A DNA stretch of 64,000 bases from Lepidodermella squamata (GCA_047495785.1 JBLDXI010000010.1:2046001-2110000), one strand, 5' to 3'. Shown: positions 10,558-21,200, numbered from the stretch's first letter. Made by a program: numbers and translations. The notes: a model not told the origin generated them from the sequence alone.

Positions 10558-12795
10558 ATGAAGCATCAATTTATACTGGTGGACAAATCGCTAGTCGAGC
10601 CTTATTTAGCCGAAGTTCCCTTTGGCTTTAAAGTATTCCGCGATGCGAGAGATGGCGAAGATTATCATATAACAATCATCGCACCCGGTGAAATCGAAGT
10701 CGCAGCCGAGCTTCCATCAGATAAAAACTTCTACATTCTCGGCTTGGGAATTAACGCTGACTGCTACTTTCTCGTTTGCCATTATCCAGCAGGCGATGAA
10801 CTACGCCGAAAATTGAATTTGCCGCCAAAAGACTTCCATGTAACTATTGGCTTCAACCGCTACGACAATCATGAAGTAAGAAAAGACGTGACAACGATTC
10901 GAAAATTTGCGGATGATGCTGCTGAGAAACTCTGCAATCACCCTAGCAAAGATACGACGAAATACTTGGCAAATCTCGAATTTTTCATGCAGAAATTTAC
11001 GGATAACGAAGACATTTTATACGCCCTGGCGAAAACTTACGCAAATGTTGGAAAATTTACAAGAGCTCAAGCTTTGGCTGAATCGATCAGCGACCCGGTT
11101 CGGAAATATCGCATCTTATTCGCAGTTCAAAAGTACTTAGGTCAAGAGTTCGATATCGAAACTTGCCTCAATGAATTAAAATCTGTCGAAAATCTTCGGA
11201 GAAGTGATGATCTAGAGAAAGTTCTCAATCATGTCAATTCTCGTTTGGAAGAAAAAATGGCGATTTGCGACGAAGAAGGTTTCGCAGTTCTCGATTTACC
11301 GATCAATTTTTCAAAGGTGACCCCAAATATTTACGGCGGTGGTAAGCCGAGAAGTGCTCGGGTTTTGGCTGCCTTGGGCATTAAAAGAGTATTCAATTTG
11401 ACTGAGAAGCCTCTGCCGCTTCAAACTCACCACTTCCCGACAGATGATTTCCATCCTCCGCCTGATATGGAAGCTATTGTTACTGCTCTCATGCAATCTG
11501 ATGCTCCAACTTTGGTCCACTGCCGAGCCGGGGTCGGTCGGACAAATTGCGTCCTCGCTTGTTACCTAGCCCGGGTAAAAGGAATCAAGGCCGAAAGTGC
11601 GATTCACGAACTGGAGAAAACCAGGCCTAAGGTTCGACTTACAAGTGAGCAAACTGAGGCGATTCACAGATTTTGCCGAGCTCCTCGCCTTAATTCCTCC
11701 CTTATGATGATCGGCCCGCCCTGCTCTGGGAAGTCCACGCTTTGCGAGATGATTATGAAGAAGTACGATGATGTGACTTATGTGAACCAAGACAAATTCG
11801 GCAAGAAGGAATCGTTGAAACGAGCTCGAGAGGCGAAAGGCCACGTTTTGTTCGACAACTGCAATCTTAAAGCGAGTGACCGGGCTGATTGGCTGAGTTG
11901 GAATAAAAAGGTCAAAGCAGTCGTATTCCAACTCCCCCTCGAAAAATTGCTTGAGCGACTCGAAAATCGTGAAGAACACGAAACTTTGACGTCGAAAAAC
12001 CGAACTGGTCCGAAAATCATCGAGGAATCCTTGAAAAACCTTGAATTCCCCCACGAGATGGAGGTTTTGAAGGTTGTAAGGAATGACGAAGATTTTGCGG
12101 CTCTGCTACAACAACTTGGGGTCCGGCGAGAGCCCTGGGCCGATATTATCAAATTTCCAAGAACTAGACATCTCATGAACCTCGGCGCCGCGACTCGGGA
12201 TGATTTGATCCTTGATCGACCAGAGAAACTCTTAGGTGGACAAGAGGTGATAGTCGAAGAGAAGGTGGATGGTGCAAATATGGGAATTACTGTCGATCCG
12301 AATGGTGTCATTGGCTTCCAAAATCGGTCTCACTTCGTCGACCCAGATTACCACGCCCAATTCAAGAAGCTCTACTTATGGCGAGATCGCAATGAAGAGT
12401 CGTTGAGGAAGATTTTAAGGCCTGGTTTGATACTGTTCGGCGAATGGTTGTATGCGAGGCATTCAATTCCTTACTCGAAGTTGCCCGACTACTTCCTAGC
12501 TTTCGATCTCTACGACGCTGATACGAATCGATTTGCGACTAGGTCTGAACTAGAAGCTGTTCTTGAAGGTACGACGATCAACCAAGTCCCCTTAATAGCT
12601 CGGGGGAAATTTAATGCAGAAGAACTGAAGGCTTTCGTGTTTTCTGAATCAAAATTCTACGACGGAATGGTTGAGGGCATATACGTTCGGACAGAAAAAG
12701 GAGCGAGAGCTAAAATTGTACGGCCTGATTTCATCGCTGGCAACGAACACTGGTCACGAGGTCCATTGGAAACCAATCAGCTCGCTCATGATTGA
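10558..12795 (+). CDS. Multidomain RNA end-healing/sealing enzyme: 2H phosphoesterase + helical/TPR-like linker + dual-specificity phosphatase + P-loop polynucleotide kinase + Rnl2-like ATP-dependent RNA ligase (intronless, 745 aa)
   Basis: Two HxT motifs (HITI, HVTI); CX5R site HCRAGVGRT; Walker A GPPCSGKST with NQD and DNCN. Ligase motifs KFPRT, EEKVDGAN (I), FGEW (III), FDLYD (IIIa), EGIYVR (IV), AKIVR (V). Confidence 0.9.
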   Translation: MKHQFILVDKSLVEPYLAEVPFGFKVFRDARDGEDYHITIIAPGEIEVAAELPSDKNFYILGLGINADCYFLVCHYPAGDELRRKLNLPPKDFHVTIGFNRYDNHEVRKDVTTIRKFADDAAEKLCNHPSKDTTKYLANLEFFMQKFTDNEDILYALAKTYANVGKFTRAQALAESISDPVRKYRILFAVQKYLGQEFDIETCLNELKSVENLRRSDDLEKVLNHVNSRLEEKMAICDEEGFAVLDLPINFSKVTPNIYGGGKPRSARVLAALGIKRVFNLTEKPLPLQTHHFPTDDFHPPPDMEAIVTALMQSDAPTLVHCRAGVGRTNCVLACYLARVKGIKAESAIHELEKTRPKVRLTSEQTEAIHRFCRAPRLNSSLMMIGPPCSGKSTLCEMIMKKYDDVTYVNQDKFGKKESLKRAREAKGHVLFDNCNLKASDRADWLSWNKKVKAVVFQLPLEKLLERLENREEHETLTSKNRTGPKIIEESLKNLEFPHEMEVLKVVRNDEDFAALLQQLGVRREPWADIIKFPRTRHLMNLGAATRDDLILDRPEKLLGGQEVIVEEKVDGANMGITVDPNGVIGFQNRSHFVDPDYHAQFKKLYLWRDRNEESLRKILRPGLILFGEWLYARHSIPYSKLPDYFLAFDLYDADTNRFATRSELEAVLEGTTINQVPLIARGKFNAEELKAFVFSESKFYDGMVEGIYVRTEKGARAKIVRPDFIAGNEHWSRGPLETNQLAHD

Positions 12796-12862
12796 ACCGT
12801 TTTTGAAATTATTAATAAAAACTAAGAATTTCAACAATTTGTTTTTGAAATTAGAATTTTAC

Positions 12863-13606
12863 ATGGAACTTGTTAAATTTTTGAAGCCTCACGAATGTGT
12901 CGAAGGTCCGACGCATACCTCGATACAGTCAGTTTTCAACGACTACGAGCTTGCAAATAGAGATATTGACTATCAAATCAAAGATGAAGAACAATTCATG
13001 GAGATCTACAAAAGACTCGCCGCTGACCCGTCGTTGAATCTCCACATGCATGAACATTTTCGAGACGTCGGTCCTCTTATCGTAGATTTGGACATCAAAT
13101 TGAAAGGCAAGCATGTTAAAAGGTCCAGAGCTGTTGCTATCGAAGCTATAGTAAACATTAATCTCGTGATGACTCGTCAACTTGGCATTCCAAGGGAGCT
13201 TGTTAATGCTTACGTTTGCGAGAAGGACCGAGTCGATACAAGTGGGCCTAGCCGTAAAGATGGTGTTCACATTTTCTACCCCGATGTCTTATTTGGCCTG
13301 AAGCAGCGCTACTACGTCCTAGACGCTGCGGTGAAGCAATGTAACGATAAGTCACTGTTTGATTTTCGAGTGTTGAAAAACGGAATCATCATGTACAAAT
13401 CGACGAAGCGGTTATGGTCACCTGGTTACACTTTGGTGGCGAAATACGACTGTAACATGGATGAATCTCAGCCACAGTTGACTGACTCTGAAATTATTGA
13501 TCTCTTGTCTATACGAAATGTTGCTAACAAATTTGTTGGCGGGCGAAAATTGGACTCGAAACTTCTGGATGACGTTTTTCGACTTTATAACCCTGTGAAA
13601 GGATAA
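12863..13606 (+). CDS. Stand-alone archaeo-eukaryotic primase (AEP) domain resembling the N-terminus of NCLDV D5/C962R-type primase-helicases (247 aa, intronless)
   Basis: AEP motif I GPLIVDLD, motif II KDGVHIFYP and motif III LFD, plus FLK.H...THTS, EK, MYKSTK...Y and LLSIR signatures that I recognise from giant-virus primases. First true ATG at 12863, AATAAA after the stop. No helicase domain. Confidence 0.75.
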   Translation: MELVKFLKPHECVEGPTHTSIQSVFNDYELANRDIDYQIKDEEQFMEIYKRLAADPSLNLHMHEHFRDVGPLIVDLDIKLKGKHVKRSRAVAIEAIVNINLVMTRQLGIPRELVNAYVCEKDRVDTSGPSRKDGVHIFYPDVLFGLKQRYYVLDAAVKQCNDKSLFDFRVLKNGIIMYKSTKRLWSPGYTLVAKYDCNMDESQPQLTDSEIIDLLSIRNVANKFVGGRKLDSKLLDDVFRLYNPVKG

Positions 13607-13701
13607 TTCTGAAATAAAATTAATGGGTTTTAGCCGTTGGATAATAAATAATGCAATACGCCCGGAGCCCGGACTGGGACTGGGCTGGATTTTTTGCTAT
13701 A

Positions 13702-13807
13702 CAGGGTGTTCGTTAAATAATATCCAGCTTTTAGCTCGAAAACGCTGAATCGCGTGCCAAAAGTAGCAAAGCTATTTATAACTACCAATTATTTTTTGAA
13801 CACCCTG
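13702..13807. mobile_element. Tc1/mariner-type MITE (106 bp)
   Basis: TA|CAGGGTGTTC...GAACACCCTG|TA; TIR of about 20 bp with 3 mismatches. Confidence 0.75.
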
Positions 13808-14394
13808 TATTACGGGCGGGGCTAGCAAGTGGGTGCCTGACAAAAGTCTGCCTGACCTCATGATGAAGGTATGAGTCTGAGATGAAGGTAGAGCTTCCCG
13901 ATTTTTTCACCGAGAAGATTTCACAGAAGATTTCACCGTAAAATCAAGCATTAAAATAAATAATTCGCAAGATGTCTTTTTATTTTACACTTGTTCGCGC
14001 CCGCGCACTTCATGCCATCATCTCATCTCATCCCATATCTACGCATGCGCATTTTCATCGGCAGAAGTCGCTCAGATTTTGAGAAGACGTCATCAAAAAA
14101 CTGACTCTATCGTTATCGTTTTGTAGATATATTTGTAAGCTTTGCATTCGGCCTTACCGGGGTGCAAAACGTTCTGCAAATGGATGGGCATGTTGCCGAG
14201 TACATTCGTAGAACCTCGACAGTCTTTATCCGAGAGTTTGTAACCTGTTGGGAGACAAAAAACCCATATAATGCAATGTATGAACAACAGCTTGGCGAGG
14301 AGTGAAAAAGAAGTTTAGGTACTCTGTGCGCATAGCGACGAGCAGGGCGAAAGCGCGCGCCTCTTCCATGAACATGACTTGTGCCTGCTAAATA

Positions 14395-14468
14395 CCGTAG
14401 TTACCGAAATACAACATCAAAGTGCCGACAAAGAGGTGCCGCCAAGGCTTGTAATTCGGTAACTACGG
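14395..14468. mobile_element. Tiny pogo/Tc2-like MITE or hairpin (74 bp)
   Basis: TA|CCGTAGTTACCGAAATACAA...TTGTAATTCGGTAACTACGG|TA; 20-bp TIR with one mismatch. Confidence 0.65.
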
Positions 14469-15647
14469 TATATAAGATCAAATGTGAATTAACAACTCGA
14501 ATTTAGCTTGAAAAGATCACCAACGATGTTTCTAGACGTGCATTTATAGGCTTGTTCTGCACGTAATTTGCACTGGAATCCGCCAGCTTTTAAATCGCCT
14601 TAAATCGCTCAGTATAGTTTCAATGCCGTGGTTACGGCATCTTCGATTCTCTCGTATCCTGCAGCATTCGATACGGCAAAGCTTTACACCCGACAATGCA
14701 ATCATTTAGAGCTCACTCCTGAATATGTATTTTGAAATGAATCAAGTAAATACGAAGAAAGAGCTGGAATCGAATCGGAGCCGCTCTAACTGGAAGACCA
14801 CGAGTGGCATTGTGTTTCATCCCTTACGGCTATTTCACAACGCCACAACTAAGACAGCTGCAGGAACAATACCGAACTGCAGCAGTCAAATATTGCTATA
14901 TTCTGCAATGCTACACGTCGATTGCTTCCTCCCTTCCTCATCACACAACCAGCAAATATAAGCTGCTAAATCTAATTGAAATGCTAGACATCCATTTCAT
15001 TATCGTCTAAAATATCACACCCGGACTAGGCTTCTTTCACCTCAAGAAGGCTAGTCTCGAGGGAATACAAATTGAAATGTGTCGATTCGAGCTATCTTGC
15101 ACCAGCTTTTAACCACTAGGGGATTGGGATCGGTGAAGTTCATTCTTTTTAATCTTCACTGCCTCATTTGAAATTAAACTTAAGAGCGATTTTTATTATC
15201 GGTATAAAAATTAGCCGCGATCTAATTGCTATTGTCTTTTGAGGCATGCAATATATGTGCAATTTTTAGATTAGCCTCGTTCGATTCCTTCAACGCCTTG
15301 AATTGGTGTCAAGTTCCGGTCACATGGCTTTTATGTGAAAAAGACAAGAAAAACAGGAAGCATGCGCGAGCTAAAAGCGCTGCTGAATTATCTATTACAA
15401 TAGCTATCAGCAGCTGGAAGCAATCATGCGCGTGTTATATGCCATCAATTTGCAAAAGCATTATCATATTTCATCATCGTCATCATCTCATTCTCTCTTT
15501 CCGGCCTTTCGACATACAGCTATATATGCGTGAATGGTTCATCGGCTTATTGTAAGCTGATACTGATCCAGGCCCGTTGCGATCAGACGATCAAACGCTC
15601 TTTTCATCACAATATACTGCCGGCTCGTATCGAGAAAATATATCAAT

Positions 15648-16847
15648 ATGTCTGCGGAGAAGAAAATCATCTCAGTCGTTGGGGCGACTGGAAATCAAGG
15701 CGGTGGTGTGGTCAAAGCCATAATCGCAGCTGGTCCTAGTTGCGAATATTCGGCTCGTGCTATCACCCGAAATGCAAACTCTGAGAAGGTATGATTTGAA
15801 ATCTGTGGAGAACATATTTTTTAATTCTAGGGATTTTCCCAGGCTGCTGAGTTGAAGAAATTGGGTGTTGAAGTGGTTCAAGCTGATACAAGTGATGCTA
15901 AAAGCTTGGCGGAGGTAATCAAAGGCTCGTATGGATTATTTTGTGTTTCGGTCCCGGATTTCTCGGATTATGAGAAGGAGCGAATTCAAATAAAAGCAAT
16001 GGCTGACGCGGCAAGGTGAGAAGAGGCATCTAAGTGTTTAATTCCTCACTCTCATATAACTGGGCCCTCTTAACTATCTAAATTTTCCCGATCTCAGCCT
16101 GAACTCAAGCCCTAATTGCAATGTAAACCTTATTAGGATCGGCCTATAACCTTAATGGAAATCCTAACAATTAATCTAATCTTAACCCTTCTGTTTTTCG
16201 TGCTTTCAAGACTTGCTGGGATCCAACATGTTGTTTGGTCGACATCGGAAGACTCTCGCAAGCTGGTTCCCCTTGGAACGAGCACAATGCCAATCATCCT
16301 AGGCAAGTACTACGTACCATACACCGACATCAAAGCCGAGTGCGATGAATACTTCTCCGATCTGCCAACAACTTACCTACTCGTCCCTGGCTACTGGGAG
16401 AACTTTGTCAACAACGGCGGCCATGCCCCTAGGAAAGGCTCCGATGGCAAGTATTACGTAACAATGGCTCTGGGTAACAAAAGCTTCGTCGGCATGTCGA
16501 TTGAAGACATCGGAAAGTGCATCTTGGGCATTTTCAAGCATGGCAATGAATACATCAACAAACGCATTGGAATCACGGCTGAACCTCTCGATCCGGCTGA
16601 AGTTGTCAAAAAGCTGGCGGAGGCGTCTGGAAAGGAAATAATTTTCGCCAATTTGACCCCTGCGGCCTTCAGGGCTCTTGGATTTCCGGGGTGCTTGGAG
16701 CTTGGAAATATGTTTCAATACTACCAGGAAACCTATGAGGAATTCCGGGCGAATCGAGACATTGGAGAGACGCGGAAACTCAACCCGGAACTCAAAAGCT
16801 TCGACGAGTTTCTTGCAACAAAGAAGGACATTATTATTGTTGAATGA
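15648..16847 (+). CDS. NmrA-like (NMRAL1-like) NAD(P)-binding Rossmann protein, 3 exons (15648-15788, 15843-16015, 16211-16847)
   Basis: MSAEKKIISVVGATGNQGGGVVKA, AITRN, GVEVVQAD, HVVWST, K..C.EY, YWEN, EDIGK, FPGCLELGNMFQYY; GT-AG introns are in phase. Confidence 0.9.
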
Positions 16848-17848
16848 TTATTATGACGACCCTTGAAGGAAAAGACTTTCTAAATGTCGAGTGAAATTTG
16901 TTCTCGGTGTTAAAATCACAGTAAAGCGTTCCTCTGTCTGGCATATAAAGGGAGTTTCGGTGATATTTTCGATCTAAATCAATCTATCTTAGAAAGATTC
17001 GCAAAACTAATATCCGAGATTTCGGTTATAATTTCCTTATCCCAAAGTTAACTGTGTGGTTAACTGAGGCCTAAACATTTTAGATACGTAATCCTGGTAA
17101 CAGACACTTTGAGATCGCGAATTTCGGGTAAACAAATCGAAAAGTATAGATTTATTGATAGAAAAATATGTCATCATCAGCTATCGATTATCGATTATCG
17201 ATTCTAATTCGACAACGAATCGCCAATCAGATCACATTTTCCGGAGATCGACAGTTATTCATTAGCCATATTATAACCGGGATCATCATTTTCAAGAAGA
17301 AAAGAGCTAAGAGAAGGAAAAATAAAATCAATTCTAACAGGGGAAGTATTTGCTACAATCTGCGAAAATGAACGAAACACGGAATACAAGCGCGATTAAC
17401 ATAGGCACGCACCACGCACCATCCGGCGTTCTTGTCGATGTACGGTGTACGGTTCTTGAAAATGTTATCAAAGCTCATCGTTCTTCCCAATAACCTTACG
17501 GAGAATTTAAAAAAACTACGGAAGGTGAAATCTACCCTTCACATTTCAGTTAGATAGTTGAGGACACGTACCACCATATCAAACGTCTTATCGTTAACGA
17601 TGCGCCAAAACAACCACTTAGATGACTCATTCGATCGTACTTTTAGTCGCCTAACGTAATGTTGAAGTACGTTAGGCCTTTTGAGCACCGATTTTTTCCT
17701 AATTTCGAACGTACTTTCCTCATAAAATCTATAAATAGTAAAGTGGTTGTTTTGGCGCGTCGCTAACGTTATCTTATCTAATCGCGTACCCTTATCTCGT
17801 AACGTAGTGACGTCGAAATGTGTGGGCAGGTCTGACTCAGACCGCGGG

Positions 17849-17856
17849 TATATAAG
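17849..17856 (+). promoter_or_regulatory. Probable TATA box of alpha-arrestin copy 1
   Basis: GC-flanked TATATAA about 90 bp upstream of the ATG at 17945. Confidence 0.5.
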
Positions 17857-17944
17857 GGCCGCCCATTCAACCTCAATCAACATCGTCAAGCAAACTCACA
17901 ACCTCAAAGCTAAAGCTTTCTCAAGCTAACCGGCTTCTACGTGT

Positions 17945-19087
17945 ATGGGATTGAAGTCTCTGCAACTCACCTTCGAACCTTCCGCTGCTAAACAAATCTA
18001 TCAACCCGGTGATGTCGTATCAGTTCTTTGCGATTATGAAATCGTCAATGAAAAGCGGCTATTCCACTGCAACCCAGCCCCTATCACTTTGGTGGTTACC
18101 CTAGAAGGCATTTCCAAGGTTTTCTGGACCGAAACTGAAACTAGGAGCGATGGGAAGTCGAGCACTTCAACAACTCATGTTTATTCGTCACGACGAACGT
18201 TGGTGGCAATGCAGCAAAAGATTCAACTGGCAAGCTATCAAGTTCCTGGGAGGTACCGATTGCTGATCAATTTCCAACTGCCTCTGACTGGGCTGAAAAC
18301 CTCATTCGAAGGCAAAGCTGGCTACATTCGCTACTCGATCAATGCGAAGCCAGAAGCGTCTTGGCTAGCTTCACTTTTCAAGCCGAAAGCAAAGACTCTA
18401 TACTTTAAAATAGTCGAGAACATTCCGCTGGACCAGTTGAATGAACCAGTCTTAGGCTCCAAATCAAAAACGCCTGGTTTCCTCTTCTTGAAATCCGGCC
18501 CGGTCAAGATCGAAGCTAGATGCGACAAAACTGGCTACTACAGCCTGGGCGATCAAGTACGTATCGATGCCAATTTCGAAAACTTATCGTCGCGAAAGGT
18601 CAAACCGGGCGTGAAGCTGATTCAAACCTCTCTGTTCACAGCTGATTGTGGCAAGGTTTACGTTGCAACCAAACATTTCGATTTGCAACTAATGCCCGGG
18701 TTCAAGATTCCTGACGAAATCCTCTCAAAAGGATCTTCGAGCAAATGGGGCTTGGAATTCAAATTGCCAGCTGTTCTACCAACAATTGAAGCTCCGAATA
18801 TTACTGTGGGCTATCATCTCGAGGTTTCGTTATCGATCCCTTGGTCTAGGAATCTTCGCTTGAAGTTACCGGTGACAATGGGAACGGTTCAACGTTACGA
18901 GCAACTTCCTTCAGCTCCTGGTTACGAGATGGCTCCTCCGAGTTACTTTGCATCTTTGATTTTACAGCAAAAGCCAGTGCTGCCGTTCGAAAATGACGAC
19001 GATACAAAGCAGGATAAAGGAAAGAATACTTGGCCGGAATTACAGGACAAAACGAATCCTGATTTCATCGACGTTGCTTGCTTTTGA
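17945..19087 (+). CDS. Alpha-arrestin (ARRDC-like), copy 1, intronless
   Basis: YQPGDVV, FQLP...TSFEGKAGYIRY, Arrestin_C signatures (KTGY, N.SSRKV, ITVGYHL, LPVTMGT) and a C-terminal PPSY motif. Confidence 0.92.
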   Translation: MGLKSLQLTFEPSAAKQIYQPGDVVSVLCDYEIVNEKRLFHCNPAPITLVVTLEGISKVFWTETETRSDGKSSTSTTHVYSSRRTLVAMQQKIQLASYQVPGRYRLLINFQLPLTGLKTSFEGKAGYIRYSINAKPEASWLASLFKPKAKTLYFKIVENIPLDQLNEPVLGSKSKTPGFLFLKSGPVKIEARCDKTGYYSLGDQVRIDANFENLSSRKVKPGVKLIQTSLFTADCGKVYVATKHFDLQLMPGFKIPDEILSKGSSSKWGLEFKLPAVLPTIEAPNITVGYHLEVSLSIPWSRNLRLKLPVTMGTVQRYEQLPSAPGYEMAPPSYFASLILQQKPVLPFENDDDTKQDKGKNTWPELQDKTNPDFIDVACF

Positions 19088-19556
19088 CTACCATCCCTTC
19101 ATTTGAGTTTTTAAATTGCCCACATGGCCTCGTGATTAATAAAGTGATTAGTTATATCCATTTCGCTGAATTCTTTCAAATCAACCTCGATAAAATGTGG
19201 CAATGAAGCGAGTTCAGGCGCGATGTACTAAACCGAAAGCGAGATAAGCTTTATCGAAGCCAAAAATTAGCCGGACAGGCGTCTTATCATTGCCGTTATC
19301 AACTTTCTCTGAAAGGGTCCAATTTTTTGCGGCTGAGTCCACCTGGAGCCAGCGCTTCCAACTAGGTCACAAATAAATCCTTAAACTACTCAGCTCATCT
19401 TTTATCCTTTATCCAAAGTTCATTGAAAGGATGGCAAATTCAACTCAGAATAGTATCTTCGCTAGCTTTTACGATCTTGAAATCACTGAATTCAATTACA
19501 GTTTATGTCCCACTTATTTCCAATGGTTAGGATATTAATCAGACACGTTACAACGA

Positions 19557-20693
19557 ATGTTTCACGAAGGTTTGGAATTGAAGTCGCTGCAACTTAGCTT
19601 CGATCCGGCAACAGCAAAGTCCTTTTATCAATCAGGAGATAACATCGCCGTTTTCTGCGATTATGAAATCGTCAACGAAAAGCATTTGGTCAAGAAAAAA
19701 CCTGGACACATCGCTTTCATTGTCACTCTGCAAGGTGACTCGAAGGTCCGATGGACTGAAACTACAACGCAAAGCGACGGCAAAGGGAGCACATCGACAA
19801 CTCACGTTCGTTCGTCGCACAAAATTTTAGTATCGATAAAGCAGAAGGTTCAGCTCGATGAGAAACAAGGAGAGGGGAAACATCGTATTCTGTTGAATTT
19901 TCAACTGCCAAACGAAGGCTTGAAAACGTCGTTTGAAGGAGCTGCTGGCTATATTCGCTACACCATCAACGCCAAGCCGGAAGGATCATGGTTTTCTACA
20001 CTATTCAAGCCAAAAGCTAAGACTTTGTATTTCAAAGTTGTTGAGGCTATATTTGTCGATAATTTTGCCGAGCAAGTTGCAGGGAACAAATCGAAGACGC
20101 CCGGCGTTCTATTCTTCAAATCAGGCCCGGTAACCATAGACGCTAAGTGTGATAGAGCTGGTTACTACTGCTTGGGAGATCAAGCTAGAATTACGGCTAA
20201 TTTTACAAATTTGTCATCCCGAGAGGTTAAACCCACAGTGAAACTAGTGCAAACCTCAACTTTCACAGCAGATTACGGTCATGCTTACTCTGCCCTTAAG
20301 TCTTATAGCTTGGAACTGCTACCTGGCTACAAAGTTCCCGATGAAAAACTGGCGAAAAATACGTCGAGCGAATGGAGTTTGGAATTCAAGCTGCCTGAAG
20401 TAATGCCGACGACTGAAGCACCGAATATTCGTGTCGGGTACCATTTCGAGGTGCGACTTGATATTCCGTGGTCGAGAGACTTGAAGCTTGAGCTGCCAGT
20501 CACTTTCGGCACGGTTCCGAGGGCTGAAGATCTGTCATCGCCAGCCCCAGCTTACGACTCGGCTCCACCTAGTTACTTCGCTTTGTTTTTCATGCAACAG
20601 AACCCTATTTTGCCTTTAGACGATGATGTGCCGGACGAGAAGAAGAAAGGCGCAGGTGGGGGCTCTAAAGAAAGCATTCCTGAAAAGATGTAA
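19557..20693 (+). CDS. Alpha-arrestin (ARRDC-like), copy 2, intronless
   Basis: Close paralog of copy 1 (TSFEGAAGYIRY, LPVTFGT, PPSY). Confidence 0.92.
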   Translation: MFHEGLELKSLQLSFDPATAKSFYQSGDNIAVFCDYEIVNEKHLVKKKPGHIAFIVTLQGDSKVRWTETTTQSDGKGSTSTTHVRSSHKILVSIKQKVQLDEKQGEGKHRILLNFQLPNEGLKTSFEGAAGYIRYTINAKPEGSWFSTLFKPKAKTLYFKVVEAIFVDNFAEQVAGNKSKTPGVLFFKSGPVTIDAKCDRAGYYCLGDQARITANFTNLSSREVKPTVKLVQTSTFTADYGHAYSALKSYSLELLPGYKVPDEKLAKNTSSEWSLEFKLPEVMPTTEAPNIRVGYHFEVRLDIPWSRDLKLELPVTFGTVPRAEDLSSPAPAYDSAPPSYFALFFMQQNPILPLDDDVPDEKKKGAGGGSKESIPEKM

Positions 20694-21200
20694 CTCGATT
20701 AATCTAACTAAAGCTAAGCACCTTAATACTGTGATTTTTATTGCCAGTTGTATTAATTACCAAATAAACGCATCAAATTTGAGATCGAAACCGCAAATTG
20801 TAATGTTAAAACTTTAAAATGGCTTCTAGAATGAATATGTTCCTGCATGTGTGCACAAAATAACGAATTCCTAGAAATTGCTGGTAGACATGCTATGCCA
20901 AGCAGTCGCTTTTCAGGGCAAAGTTGTCAAACGGAATCGGCGGTTAAGGAATAATGTTTTCTGCCTCGGGGCGTAGTCGACTTGGTTGCCACCCTGTGTT
21001 TCGTGTTAATCACCATACGAAACCATAGAGCTTCTGCAGTGCTACCGCTCAAGGCCCGCCCTGTTGTAGTCTTATCAAAAACAGGCGTGCCCATAAAGTC
21101 ACGATAACGAGACGATATATAACACGAAGAAACCACTTGAGCATAATAAATCCATCTAATTCTCTCACACAGCATTCTAGAATATTGCAATATTAAAGAC

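Noticed and set aside
12671-12862. N-terminal extension of the primase ORF overlapping the ligase gene (311-aa call)
   Set aside because: It starts at a non-ATG codon and runs through the AT-rich spacer; the primase-like sequence begins at ATG 12863.
13702-13807. MITE as the right boundary of a mobile element carrying the RNA-repair cassette
   Set aside because: It has both of its own TIRs and TA flanks; I found no matching terminus upstream of 10558.
14600-15010. Possible 3' remnant of a non-LTR retrotransposon (HPL...FLPSS)
   Set aside because: The similarity is too short and no RT motifs are visible.
17539-17889. 116-aa minus-strand ORF upstream of arrestin copy 1
   Set aside because: Non-ATG start, overlaps the arrestin promoter/TATA region, no domain features.
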